Shown: piece by piece, positions 10,540-20,389 of the stretch
Layout: the number at the start of each line of letters is the position of its first letter
How positions within the stretch are numbered: the first letter of the stretch is position 1
Origin: an uncultured Bacteroidales bacterium
Lineage (GTDB): Bacteria; Bacteroidota; Bacteroidia; Bacteroidales; UBA932
Reading direction: 5' to 3'
Assembly: GCA_946185745.1 (NCBI GenBank)
Contig: CAMHKQ010000003.1
Coordinates: 1,742-65,741 of the forward strand
Length of the DNA stretch: 64,000 nt
The notes under the pieces: generated by a model
Told to the model about the DNA's origin: nothing
What the model saw: the letters and a program-made list of their open reading frames with translations, nothing else
Databases searched by the model: none
Made by a program: the position numbers and the translations under genes

Positions 10540-12093
10540 ATGTTAATCAACATCATCGGCGCCAAGACCATAGGAATCGATGCCGTACCGGTTACGGTGG
10601 AAGTGGACATTACGATGGGGATAGGCATCCACCTTGTGGGCCTTGCGGACGTGGCGGTGAAGGAAAGCCTGCTCCGCACCATAACGGCGCTGCAGTCGCT
10701 GGGTTTCCATATCCCCGGGAAGAAGATAGTAATCAACCTGGCGCCCGCCGACCTGCACAAGAGCGGCAGCGGGTACGACCTGCCGATTGCGCTGGGCATA
10801 ATCGCGGCCTCGGGGCAGCGCACCATGCCCCGGCTCGGAAAGTATCTGATCATGGGGGAGCTGGGGCTGGACGGCTCGGTGAGGGAGGTGCCGGGCGCGC
10901 TCCCCTATGCGGAACTGGCTGTCAACCAAGGGTTTGAGGGGTGCATTCTGCCTGAGCGCTCGGCAATGGAAGCGATAGAATACAGGCAGACCCGCATTTA
11001 CGGGGTGCGCAACATTCCGGACGTGCTCCGCATCCTGGAAGAGCAGGAGCCGGCGGACGACCTGCTCATCTGGAACAGCGCCGCCTACAGGGAGTACATG
11101 GCTGAAATCAGGAGCGGCGCGCTGGAGAGCGGCTATATGGATTTCTCGGAGATAATAGGTCAGGAAGGGGCCAAACGCGGGGCGGAGATAGCGGTCGCGG
11201 GCGGGCACAACATGATGATGATAGGCCCGCCTGGGAGCGGGAAGAGCTCGCTCGCGAAGGCCCTTGCGGGGATTCTGCCGCCGCTGACAATGGAGGAGTC
11301 GCTGGTTACCAGCAAGATATACTCGATAGCAGGGAAAGGTCGGATCCCCGGGCTTGTGCGGCAGCGGCCGTTCCGGGCGCCCCATTACAGCGCCTCGCTG
11401 GCCGCAATCCTGGGGGGAGGCAACGGCGACAACATCCTTCCGGGGGAGGTTTCGCTGGCCCACAACGGGATCCTGTTCCTCGACGAGATGGTGCAGGCGC
11501 CTAAAAGCGTCATCGAGGCCCTGCGGGGGCCCATAGAAGACCGCACGGTGAGCATTTCCAGGCTGAGGTCGAAGATAGTCTATCCCGCCTCATTCATGCT
11601 CGTCGCGGCCAGCAACCCCTGCCCCTGCGGCTATTACGGGGAGGGCGACAAGTGCACCTGCACCGTGGGCCAGAGGCTCGCCTACCTCTCCCGCCTGTCG
11701 GGGCCGATAATGGACAGGATTGATATCCAGCTGTATCTGAAAAGCGTGGATACCCGCAAGCTGGTGAACAGGGTGAAGGGAGAGGCCAGCGCCGCGGTGG
11801 CGGCGAGGGTGGCGAAGGCCCGGGAGCGGCAGAAGGAGCGCTTTCGCGACGTGGGCATACACACCAACGCCGAGATGGACAGCCGGGCGATAGAGCGTTT
11901 CTGCCGTCTTGACGACGAGTGCAAAGACCTGCTGGAGAAGCTGATAGGGCGCATGGGGCTTTCCGCCAGGTCGTTTTCGCGGATTATCAAGGTGGCGCGC
12001 ACCATAGCCGATCTCGAAGGGGCGGCCGACATCGCCCCGGCGCATCTCTCCGAGGCCGCGAGCTACCGCTTCCTCGACCGGCGGATTGTATAA
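10540..12093 (+). CDS. comM: YifB/ComM Mg-chelatase-like AAA+ ATPase
   Basis: INLAPADLHKSGSGYDLPIALG, GPPGSGKS, PGEVSLAHNGILFLDE, NPCPCGY and LSGPIMDRID motifs. Confidence 0.9.
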   Translation: MLINIIGAKTIGIDAVPVTVEVDITMGIGIHLVGLADVAVKESLLRTITALQSLGFHIPGKKIVINLAPADLHKSGSGYDLPIALGIIAASGQRTMPRLGKYLIMGELGLDGSVREVPGALPYAELAVNQGFEGCILPERSAMEAIEYRQTRIYGVRNIPDVLRILEEQEPADDLLIWNSAAYREYMAEIRSGALESGYMDFSEIIGQEGAKRGAEIAVAGGHNMMMIGPPGSGKSSLAKALAGILPPLTMEESLVTSKIYSIAGKGRIPGLVRQRPFRAPHYSASLAAILGGGNGDNILPGEVSLAHNGILFLDEMVQAPKSVIEALRGPIEDRTVSISRLRSKIVYPASFMLVAASNPCPCGYYGEGDKCTCTVGQRLAYLSRLSGPIMDRIDIQLYLKSVDTRKLVNRVKGEASAAVAARVAKARERQKERFRDVGIHTNAEMDSRAIERFCRLDDECKDLLEKLIGRMGLSARSFSRIIKVARTIADLEGAADIAPAHLSEAASYRFLDRRIV

Positions 12094-12190
12094 GGCCGGT
12101 CACGGGCGCTTTTTGTACACCAGGGAGCCTTCTGGTGTACAAACGGCCTGTCAAACCGCATTTCGTACACCAGGGAGGTTTTTGGTGTAC
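12094..12190. repeat. Two-unit degenerate tandem repeat (about 50 bp) with a palindromic 26-bp core
   Basis: GTACACCAGGGAGCCTTCTGGTGTAC at 12115-12140 and GTACACCAGGGAGGTTTTTGGTGTAC at 12165-12190; each preceded by GGCC(G/T)GTCA. Confidence 0.85.
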
Positions 12191-12245
12191 GGCAACTGTT
12201 TTCTTAAACTGAAATTTATTATATTTGCAACAGCTCACTATCGAA

Positions 12246-12950
12246 ATGGCAGAAATCAGGCAGGCACAGAGAATACAGACTTCCGTCCTGGCCGCAGGGG
12301 AAAAGAAGCTCCTCGTGTGGCTGGCGGAAAGGATGCCCGCATGGGTGACTTCCGACGTAATGACGGGGGTCGGCTTTGCCGGTTCTCTCATGATAGCGGC
12401 GGGGTTCATCCTCTCCAACCTCGGGGTTGGCTGGCTCTGGCTTGCCATCGGCGGCTTCGTGGCAAACTGGTTCGGGGATTCGCTGGACGGCACCATCGCA
12501 CGCGTGCGCAATGCGCAGAGGCCCGTCTACGGCTATTACATCGACCACACCATGGACATGATAAACGAGCTGCTCATGTTCGTCGGGGTAGGCCTCTCCC
12601 CCTGGGTGCATCTGCACATAGCCCTCGGCGCCCTGGTCTTCTACCTCATGCTCACGGTGAACCAGAACATGAACGTGCACCTGAGGAGCGAATTCAACCT
12701 CACCTACGCCAAGATGGGCCCCACGGAGTTCAGGCTCATAATGATACTAATCTGCCTGCTCTTCATCTGCATCAAGCCCATCAGGGAATACATCGGTGAC
12801 ATCACGGTTCTCGGCATCACCTATACTTTCACCCTGTTCGACTATATTGCGGCCGGCGTAACCGCGATTCTGGCATTAATAGTCGCAGTAAACTGGATCC
12901 AGGACATCAGGTACTACGCCAGGCAGGATCCTCCTAAAGAAGGTAACTGA
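12246..12950 (+). CDS. CDP-alcohol phosphatidyltransferase family protein
   Basis: DSLDGTIAR...GYYIDHTMD matches DxxDGxxAR..G...D...D; multiple TM helices; TATATTTG box upstream. Confidence 0.88.
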   Translation: MAEIRQAQRIQTSVLAAGEKKLLVWLAERMPAWVTSDVMTGVGFAGSLMIAAGFILSNLGVGWLWLAIGGFVANWFGDSLDGTIARVRNAQRPVYGYYIDHTMDMINELLMFVGVGLSPWVHLHIALGALVFYLMLTVNQNMNVHLRSEFNLTYAKMGPTEFRLIMILICLLFICIKPIREYIGDITVLGITYTFTLFDYIAAGVTAILALIVAVNWIQDIRYYARQDPPKEGN

Positions 12951-13813
12951 TGCCGCTGCTGCCCCTCTCGGAACTAGAACAGCTCGCGCCCGTCTTCCGC
13001 GGGAAGGCCGGCAACGCCCTTGCCAGGGCGCTTCTCCGCGTTACAGGCGTAAGCAGGCTGGAGGAGCTGTATACGGTGACTGAAGGGAAAAAGGGGCCGG
13101 AAGCATCCGAAGCTTTTCTCAAGAGAATAGGCGTCAGCTATACGGTTTCTGGCGAAGAGCATCTCAGCAGCCTGGGGACCGGCCAGTTCATCACTGTCAG
13201 CAACCATCCGATAGGCAGCCTCGACGGCATTATACTCGTCGATTACCTGGCAAGGAAGTATCCCGACTACAAGGTGATAGTGAACAAGGTCCTGATGCGC
13301 ATCAAAGTGCTGGAAGACAATTTCATCTCCGTTACCCCTACCGGGGAGATGCGCACTGCGCCCACCGCCGAGAGCATCAGCGGTATCCGCGCCGCCATGG
13401 AACATGTCAGGGGCGGCCATCCCCTGGGGCTCTTCCCCTCCGGTGCGGTTTCCGACAAGATCCTCGGCCCCAGGCCCGTGGTCACGATGCCGGACGGCAG
13501 CACTTACACTGAACCGCGCGTGCGCGACCGCAACTGGCAGATGCCGATAATCAAGTTCATCTCGAAGGCCGGCGTGCCGGTGGTTCCCATCCGCTTCTTC
13601 GACGGCAACTCCGACTTTTACTACAATCTGGGAGCCCTCTTCGGCTGGAGGGTGAGGCTGCTGCGCTTCCCCCGAGAGGTCACGAACAAGGCAGGAAAGA
13701 CCATCAGGCTGGGCATAGGCCCCGTCATCACCCCCGAAGAACAGCAAAGGTGCGCAAGTCCTGAAGAACTGCGCACCCTGTTGAGAGGTTCTGTGTACGG
13801 GATGGGTCTCTAG
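12950..13813 (+). CDS. PlsC-superfamily (lyso)lipid acyltransferase, putative-hemolysin/OlsA-GlsA-like
   Basis: SNHPIGSLDG (HxxxxD) and LFPSGAVS motifs; ATGA-coupled to the upstream gene. Confidence 0.78.
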   Translation: MPLLPLSELEQLAPVFRGKAGNALARALLRVTGVSRLEELYTVTEGKKGPEASEAFLKRIGVSYTVSGEEHLSSLGTGQFITVSNHPIGSLDGIILVDYLARKYPDYKVIVNKVLMRIKVLEDNFISVTPTGEMRTAPTAESISGIRAAMEHVRGGHPLGLFPSGAVSDKILGPRPVVTMPDGSTYTEPRVRDRNWQMPIIKFISKAGVPVVPIRFFDGNSDFYYNLGALFGWRVRLLRFPREVTNKAGKTIRLGIGPVITPEEQQRCASPEELRTLLRGSVYGMGL

Positions 13814-14604
13814 CGGTTCTCCGCCGCTTCCACATCCTTGAAGTATTTGTAGCTGCTCACTTTCAGTTCGCCTGCGGCAAGCTCGTCCATGACGATGGTG
13901 CCGAACTGGTGGAGCTGCAGGGCCGACACGGTGTTGGTATGGGACACTCCCCCTTCGATGGCATCACGGATGGCGCGGGCCTTCTTGGGGCCGAAGGCGA
14001 GGATTACCACCTCCTTGGCGGAAAGCACGGTTGCCACGCCTACGGACATGGCCTGCCTGGGCACGAGCGACTCGTCGCCGCCGAAGAAGCGGGAATTCAC
14101 GCGGATGGTGTCGTCGGTGAGGGTGACTACGCGGGTGCGGCTGTAGATGGACGAGAAGGGCTCGTTGAAGGCGATATGCCCGTCTTCGCCGATGCCGCCG
14201 AGGAAGAGGTCGATGCCGCCGGCTTCCACGATGGCCCTCTCGTAGGCCATGCACTCGGCCTGAAGGTCGGGAGCGTTTCCGTTGAGGATGTGGATATTCT
14301 CCCTGGGCTCGTCAATGCGCGAGAACAGGTTCTTGAACATGAAGGAGTGATAGCTCTCGGGATGGCTCTCGGGAAGGCCCACATACTCGTCCATGTTGAA
14401 GGAGATGACGTTCTTGAAGGAGATTTCGCCGGCTGCAACCATGCGTGCAAGCTCGTCATAGGTGCCTATGGGGGTGGAACCGGTGGGAAGGCCCAGCACG
14501 AAGGGTTCGTCGGTGCGGGCGGCCTTTTCACGGATGCGGTCTGCTATGTAATGTGCGGCCCAGATGGAACCGTCGGAATAGGAATCGCGGATAATAACTC
14601 TCAT
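13810..14604 (-). CDS. nagB: Glucosamine-6-phosphate deaminase
   Basis: GLPTGSTP, NMDEYVGL and GIGEDGHIAFNEP with catalytic His intact. Confidence 0.95.
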   Translation of the reverse strand: MRVIIRDSYSDGSIWAAHYIADRIREKAARTDEPFVLGLPTGSTPIGTYDELARMVAAGEISFKNVISFNMDEYVGLPESHPESYHSFMFKNLFSRIDEPRENIHILNGNAPDLQAECMAYERAIVEAGGIDLFLGGIGEDGHIAFNEPFSSIYSRTRVVTLTDDTIRVNSRFFGGDESLVPRQAMSVGVATVLSAKEVVILAFGPKKARAIRDAIEGGVSHTNTVSALQLHQFGTIVMDELAAGELKVSSYKYFKDVEAAENR

Positions 14605-14606
14605 TT

Positions 14607-16541
14607 CTATTTCAATCTTAAGAAAACTTCAATTGCCTGATATTCAGCCATTCCCAGGTCGTCATACTGACGGGCGGTAGTCTGGGTGCGGTCTTCGGCC
14701 CTCTGCCAGAACTCGCGCGGATCTTCGCCGGGGAACGGAACTATGTCTTTCTGGGAAAGATGCCTGTAGATGGCATGGCGCTTTTCCAGCACTTCGTCGG
14801 GGCTGAGGGGAACCGCCATGTCGACGCGGTCGAGCTCCCACTCCATCCACGCGCCGCGGTAGAGCCAGATGTAGCAGCCTTCCGTCCACTTCGCCCCTTC
14901 TTCGGCCAGCTGGGTGAACGCCTCGAGGGCGGCCTCGGTGCAGACGCGGTGGGTGCCGTGGGGATCCGCCAGGTCGCCGGCCATGTAGATCTGGTCGGGC
15001 TTGAGGGCGCTCATGAGCTTTTTGATGATGTCGACGTCGATCTGGCTGCATGGGTTCTTCTTCACGCCGCCGCTCTCGTAGAAGGGCAGGTTGAGGAAGT
15101 GGATGTGGTCGTCGTCCATGCCGAAGGAATGGTCGGCACCGCGGGCCTCGCTGCGGCGGATTGCGGCCTTGATGTCCAGCAGGGCACGGGGTTCGGCCTC
15201 ACCGGGCTTCTTGCTTTCGATGATCTTCCGCACCTCTTCGCGCCTGTCGCCGTAGCCGAGCTGGTAGGCGGCGTCGATGTGCTGCATCACCACGCTGTCG
15301 TGAACGGCCACGTCGCCGGAAGTCTCGTAGGCGACATGCACATTGTGGCCCTGATGCTGCAGGCGGATGAGCGTGCCGCCCATGCTGATGACGTCGTCGT
15401 CGGGATGCGGGGAGAAGACCAGCACCGTCTTGGGGAAGGGGCTGCTCTTGACGGGACGGTAGGTGTCGTCGGCGTTGGGCTTGCCGCCGGGCCATCCGGA
15501 AATGGTGTGCTGGAGATCGTTGAAGACGTCTATGTTGAGCTTGTTGTAGCTGCCTGCGACTTCAAGAAGGCCTTCGAGGGAGTTCTGGAGGTAATCCTGG
15601 CGGGTGAGCTTGAGGATGGGCTTCCCGACCTTGCGGCACAGCCAGATCACGGCCTTGCGGCGGAACTTGGGAGTCCAGTCGCAGGGGCCGATGAGCCACG
15701 GGGCCACGAAACGGGTAAGGTTGCCGGCGGCCACTTCGTCGACGTACAGCTTGACATTCGGGTGATGCTGGAAGAAGCTGGCGGGAACATCGGCGGACAC
15801 TTTCTCCTCGGCGACTTTGCTCACCACTTCGGCCTTGCCTTCACCCCAGGCCAGCAGGATGACCTTCCTGGCGCTGAGCATGGTGCTGAGGCCCATGGTG
15901 ATGGCCTCCTTGGGGGTAATCGACAGGTCGTGGCCGAAATAGTTGCTTGCCTGGCGCTTGCGGTTGAGATACGACAGGAGCACGGTGCGGGTGCGGCTCT
16001 GCTCGGCGGCACCGGGCTCGTTGAAGCCTACCTGGCCCTGCTCGCCGACGCCCAGGACCAGAAGGTCGAGGCCGCGCGCGGCGGCGTCGAAGGCGGAGCA
16101 GAATTCGCTGACCTTCTCGTGGGGAACGGTGCCGTCGGGGATATGGATGTTTTCGGGCAGGATGTCGATGTTGTTGAGCAGCGCCTCGTATAGCTTGGCG
16201 TTCCGGCTCTGGTAACTCCCTGCGACCGAAGGATAATACTCGTCGATAGAGTAGATTTCAACATTCCTGAAGGATATTTCCCCGGCCTTGTTCCGGCGGC
16301 TGAGTTCTTCGTAGAGCATGACCGGACTGGAACCGGTGCTGAGGCCGAGACGGAAGAGGCGTTTCTCTCCCGACTTTTCATGGGCGCGGATGGCGCCGAT
16401 CACCTCTTCTGCAACTTTTACGCTGCCTTCGAGCGGATCCCGGCTCACCTCGGTGTAGAGGCGGTCGAAGCCGTGAAGGATATCGTCCGGGAGATTGTTC
16501 AGGATGAGGCCCCCGTCCTCAGGAAGTGTGAAATGTTTCAT
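14607..16541 (-). CDS. NagB-like domain fused to a PIG-L/LmbE deacetylase domain
   Basis: N-terminal NagB fold (GVGEQGQVGFNEP); C-terminal FSPHPDDDVISMGG and DLADPHGTH. Confidence 0.88.
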   Translation of the reverse strand: MKHFTLPEDGGLILNNLPDDILHGFDRLYTEVSRDPLEGSVKVAEEVIGAIRAHEKSGEKRLFRLGLSTGSSPVMLYEELSRRNKAGEISFRNVEIYSIDEYYPSVAGSYQSRNAKLYEALLNNIDILPENIHIPDGTVPHEKVSEFCSAFDAAARGLDLLVLGVGEQGQVGFNEPGAAEQSRTRTVLLSYLNRKRQASNYFGHDLSITPKEAITMGLSTMLSARKVILLAWGEGKAEVVSKVAEEKVSADVPASFFQHHPNVKLYVDEVAAGNLTRFVAPWLIGPCDWTPKFRRKAVIWLCRKVGKPILKLTRQDYLQNSLEGLLEVAGSYNKLNIDVFNDLQHTISGWPGGKPNADDTYRPVKSSPFPKTVLVFSPHPDDDVISMGGTLIRLQHQGHNVHVAYETSGDVAVHDSVVMQHIDAAYQLGYGDRREEVRKIIESKKPGEAEPRALLDIKAAIRRSEARGADHSFGMDDDHIHFLNLPFYESGGVKKNPCSQIDVDIIKKLMSALKPDQIYMAGDLADPHGTHRVCTEAALEAFTQLAEEGAKWTEGCYIWLYRGAWMEWELDRVDMAVPLSPDEVLEKRHAIYRHLSQKDIVPFPGEDPREFWQRAEDRTQTTARQYDDLGMAEYQAIEVFLRLK

Positions 16542-16546
16542 ATCGT

Positions 16547-18760
16547 TTATAACAGATGGAATCCGACGGTAAGGCCTGCCATTACAATGCTCACCATGCT
16601 CATGAGCTTGATGAGGATGTTGAGGGACGGGCCGGAAGTGTCTTTGAACGGGTCGCCGACGGTGTCACCGACTACGGTTGCATGGTGGCATTCGGAATTC
16701 TTGCCCCCGAAGTTGCCTTCCTCGACGAACTTCTTGGCATTGTCCCATGCTCCGCCCGAGTTGGACATGAACACGGCGAGCACGAAGCCAGCGCCCAGGC
16801 CGCCTATGAGGAGGCCGAGCACGCCGGCGACGCCGAGCACCACGCCCACGAGAACCGGAACTATGATGGCCAGCAGGGCGGGACCGAGCATCTCGTGCTG
16901 AGCGGCCTTGGTGGAGATTTCCACGCAGCGCTTGTAGTCGGGAGTGCCTTCGCCGGTGAGAATGCCCTTGATTTCGCGGAACTGGCGGCGCACCTCGACC
17001 ACCATCTTGGAGGCGGCGCGGCCCACGGCGTTCATGGTGAGGCCGCAGAACAGGAAGGCCATCATGGCGCCGATGAATACGCCTGCGAGAACGGACGGAT
17101 TCATGAGCGACACGTTGAAGTTGTTCAGGATGTCGAGGATGCTGGCATCTGCGGCCTTCACGAGTTCGCCGCCTACAGCCACCACCTGTTCTCCCACGCG
17201 CTCGAGGGCGATCTTGATTTCTTCGATGTAGGAGGCCAGGAGGGCAAGCGCGGTGAGCGCGGCGCTGCCGATGGCGAAGCCCTTGCCGGTGGCGGCGGTG
17301 GTGTTGCCGAGGGCGTCGAGGACGTCGGTGCGCTCGCGTACTTCGGGCTCGAGTTCGCTCATCTGGGCGTTGCCGCCCGCATTGTCGGCGATGGGGCCGT
17401 AGGCGTCGGTGGCAAGGGTGATGCCCAGGGTGGAGAGCATGCCGACGGCTGCGATGGCCACGCCGTAGAGGCCCTTGGCCAGGGATGCGGAGGTCATCAT
17501 GTGCCGCACGTCGAAGCCGATGGCGAAGAGGTATGCGAGCACTATCGCGCAGACTATGCTGATGACCGGAATGGCAGTGGAGACCATGCCCAGGCCGACG
17601 CCGTTGATGATGACGGTCGCGGGGCCGGTCTTGGAGGCCTCCGCGAGCTTCTGGGTGGGCTTGTAGGAGTGCGAGGTGTAGTATTCGGTGGCCTTGCCTA
17701 TGATGACGCCGGCCAGCAGACCGGCCACGACGGAGCAGCCGAAGTGCCACCAGTCGGGCGTGGAGGTGCCGAACACAAGGGCCAGGATGCCGAAGGTGGC
17801 GACGCCGCTGAGAATGGCAGCCATGTTGGTACCGAAGCTCATGCTCTTCAGGAGCTGTCCCATGCCGGCGCCTTCCTTGGTGCGGACGGTGAAGATGCTG
17901 ATCACGCTGAGCACCACGCCCACCGCCGCGATGAGCATCGGGGCGAGGATGGCGCGGGTCTGCATCTCGGGGCCGAGGGCATAGAAGGCCGAGGCGCCGA
18001 GCGCCATGGTGGACAGGATGCTGCCGCAGTAGCTCTCATAAAGGTCCGCTCCCATGCCGGCCACGTCACCCACGTTGTCGCCCACGTTGTCGGCGATGGT
18101 GGCGGGGTTGCGGGGATCGTCTTCGGGCAGATCGCTCTCTACCTTGCCCACTATGTCTGCACCCACGTCGGCGGCCTTGGTGTAGATGCCGCCGCCCACA
18201 CGGGCGAAGAGGGCCTGCGTGGAGGCGCCCATTCCGAAGGTGAGCATGGTGGTGGTGATGACCACGAGGTTCTGCGACAGGCTGGCGGGATATACCAGCT
18301 GGAGCACGAAGTACCACAGGGCGATGTCGAGCAGGCCGAGGCCTACCACGGTGAGGCCCATTACCGCGCCGGAACGGAACGCGACCTTGAGGCCGGCGTT
18401 GAGCGAGCGGCGGGCGGCATTGGCCGTGCGGCCGGAAGCGAAGGTGGCGGTGCGCATGCCGATGAAGCCGGCGAGACCGCTGAAGAAACCGCCGGTGAGG
18501 AAGGCGAAGGGTACCCAGGGGTTCTGCACTCCGAAGCCGTACGCCAGGACGGCGAAGAACACGGCGAGGATGGCGAACACGATGATTACCACCTTGTACT
18601 GCTGTTTGAGATAGGCCATTGCGCCCTCACGGACGTATTTGGCGATTTCTTTCATACGGGGCGTGCCCTCGTCTTCCTTGCGCATCTGATGGTAGAACAG
18701 CCATGCGAAAAACAGGGCGATTACCGATGCTGCGGGCACTGCATAGAATAGTGGATTCAT
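16547..18760 (-). CDS. hppA: Membrane-integral pyrophosphatase, K+-dependent (Na+ or Na+/H+ pumping)
   Basis: GGGIYTKAADVGADIVGKVE, DNVGDNVGD, DALGNTTAA (Ala at the K+-dependence position) and GDTVGDPFKDTSGP. Confidence 0.95.
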   Translation of the reverse strand: MNPLFYAVPAASVIALFFAWLFYHQMRKEDEGTPRMKEIAKYVREGAMAYLKQQYKVVIIVFAILAVFFAVLAYGFGVQNPWVPFAFLTGGFFSGLAGFIGMRTATFASGRTANAARRSLNAGLKVAFRSGAVMGLTVVGLGLLDIALWYFVLQLVYPASLSQNLVVITTTMLTFGMGASTQALFARVGGGIYTKAADVGADIVGKVESDLPEDDPRNPATIADNVGDNVGDVAGMGADLYESYCGSILSTMALGASAFYALGPEMQTRAILAPMLIAAVGVVLSVISIFTVRTKEGAGMGQLLKSMSFGTNMAAILSGVATFGILALVFGTSTPDWWHFGCSVVAGLLAGVIIGKATEYYTSHSYKPTQKLAEASKTGPATVIINGVGLGMVSTAIPVISIVCAIVLAYLFAIGFDVRHMMTSASLAKGLYGVAIAAVGMLSTLGITLATDAYGPIADNAGGNAQMSELEPEVRERTDVLDALGNTTAATGKGFAIGSAALTALALLASYIEEIKIALERVGEQVVAVGGELVKAADASILDILNNFNVSLMNPSVLAGVFIGAMMAFLFCGLTMNAVGRAASKMVVEVRRQFREIKGILTGEGTPDYKRCVEISTKAAQHEMLGPALLAIIVPVLVGVVLGVAGVLGLLIGGLGAGFVLAVFMSNSGGAWDNAKKFVEEGNFGGKNSECHHATVVGDTVGDPFKDTSGPSLNILIKLMSMVSIVMAGLTVGFHLL

Positions 18761-18815
18761 AGATTAATTATGTGTTTTATGTCCGTATTGTCTTCAAGCC
18801 AATCACAAATGTAAT

Positions 18816-18852
18816 AAAAAACCCGCAGAATTGTTCGTTTCTGCGGGTTTTT
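18816..18852. terminator. Intrinsic terminator at the end of the alpha operon (after rplQ)
   Basis: AAAAACCCGCAGAA / TTCTGCGGGTTTTT stem with A/T tails on both sides. Confidence 0.85.
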
Positions 18853-18872
18853 AAAAATGTAACGGCTTTCCG

Positions 18873-19361
18873 TTACTCGGCCTTCTCTTCGGCGGGAGCC
18901 TCGGCGGCAGGGGCTTCGGCTACGGGAGCCTCGGCCTTCTTGCTGCGGCTGCGGCGGGTGGTCTTCTTGGCCTCCTTCTTCTCGCCGGAAGCGAGAGCGG
19001 CTTCGTTGAAGTCTACGAATTCAACGAGGGCCATGTCGGCGGCGTCGCCCTTGCGGAAACCGAGGTGGAGGATACGGAGGTATCCGCCCGGACGGTCTGC
19101 GATCTTGGGAGCGATGGTGCGGAAGAGCTCGCTGACGGCCTCCTTGTCCTTGAGGTAGCTGAAGACGACGCGACGGTTGTGGGTGCTGTCGTCCTTGCTC
19201 TTGGTCACAAGGGGTTCAAGGTAGGGCTTGAGGGCCTTTGCCTTGGCGACCGTGGTGGTGATCCTCTTCTTGAGAATGAGGGAAGATGCCATGTTGGCGA
19301 GCATAGCCTTGCGGTGTCCGCTCTGACGGCCGAGATGATTTACTGCTCTATTGTGTCTCAT
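18873..19361 (-). CDS. rplQ: 50S ribosomal protein L17
   Basis: [26 protein letters not shown]; Ala/Glu-rich tail. Confidence 0.97.
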   Translation of the reverse strand: MRHNRAVNHLGRQSGHRKAMLANMASSLILKKRITTTVAKAKALKPYLEPLVTKSKDDSTHNRRVVFSYLKDKEAVSELFRTIAPKIADRPGGYLRILHLGFRKGDAADMALVEFVDFNEAALASGEKKEAKKTTRRSRSKKAEAPVAEAPAAEAPAEEKAE

Positions 19362-19363
19362 CT

Positions 19364-20371
19364 TTAAACGATCTTTTTCTTGGGTTCAATGTTATACTTG
19401 GTCACATCCATGCCAAAGGAGAGCTTCATCTTCTCCACCAGTACGTCTATCTCGTTGAGGGACTTGCGTCCGAAGTTGCGGAACTTCATGAGTTCGCTGC
19501 GGCTGTAGCTGACGAGGTCGGCGAAAGTGTCGATGTCGGCGGCCTTGAGGCAGTTGTACGCGCGGACGGAAAGGCCCATGTCGGACAGTTTGGTGAGGAG
19601 GATGTGCCTCATGCGGAGGCTCTCCTCGTCAAGCTCCTTGGTCTCGGGTTCAACGGCGCTCTCGATGGAGATCTTGTTGTCGTCGGTGAAGAGCTTGAAG
19701 TGGTAGATGAGGATGTTGGCTGCGTCCTGGAGGGCGGCGTTCGGCGAGATGGAACCGTCGGTGACTATTTCGAGCGTGAGCTTTTCATAGTCGGTCTTCT
19801 GCTCCACGCGCCAGTTCTCTACCGTCCAGTTGACCTTGCGGATAGGAGTGTAGATGGCGTCGACGGGGATGGTCCCGATGGGGGTATTCTCGTCGCGGGA
19901 TTCCTCTGCGCTCACAAAACCGCGGCCCATGGTGATAAGGATATTGATCTGCAGCTTGACTGAAGGCTCCAGCGAGCAGATGTGCTGCTCGGGGTTCAAC
20001 ACCTTGAATGAAGACAATCCTTTGGAGATATCCTCGGCGGTAAACTCCTGTTTGCCGCTGATGGTGATGTTCACCTCCTCGGAGTCTACGGTCTCGACCA
20101 TTCTCTTGAAGCGTACCTGCTTGAGGTTCAGGATGATATCCTGCATGCCCTCGATGACGCCGGGGATGGTGGCGAATTCGTTCTGAACGCCTTCGACTTT
20201 GATCTGGGAGATGGCAAAACCTTCCAGTGAAGCAAGGAGAATGCGGCGGAGAGCATTGCCGATGGTCTGGCCGTAGCCGGGCTCAAGGGGCCTGAACTCA
20301 AAGCGGCCGACCGTGTTAGTGCCTTCGAGCATTATCACCTTGTCGGGTTTTTGAAATGCTAAGATTGCCAT
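19364..20371 (-). CDS. rpoA: RNA polymerase alpha subunit
   Basis: [37 protein letters not shown]. Confidence 0.98.
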   Translation of the reverse strand: MAILAFQKPDKVIMLEGTNTVGRFEFRPLEPGYGQTIGNALRRILLASLEGFAISQIKVEGVQNEFATIPGVIEGMQDIILNLKQVRFKRMVETVDSEEVNITISGKQEFTAEDISKGLSSFKVLNPEQHICSLEPSVKLQINILITMGRGFVSAEESRDENTPIGTIPVDAIYTPIRKVNWTVENWRVEQKTDYEKLTLEIVTDGSISPNAALQDAANILIYHFKLFTDDNKISIESAVEPETKELDEESLRMRHILLTKLSDMGLSVRAYNCLKAADIDTFADLVSYSRSELMKFRNFGRKSLNEIDVLVEKMKLSFGMDVTKYNIEPKKKIV

Positions 20372-20389
20372 GATGCGAGGTGTTAAACG

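Noticed and set aside
12115-12190. CRISPR array
   Set aside because: Only two repeats, the spacer-side flanks are also partly repeated, and there are no cas genes in the window; kept as a palindromic repeat
16556-18751. 731-aa antisense ORF over hppA, and similar long shadow ORFs (1370-2578, 14760-16193, 36697-38358, 45548-46987, 49648-51852)
   Set aside because: They mirror real genes in GC-rich DNA with strong codon bias and have no recognisable motifs
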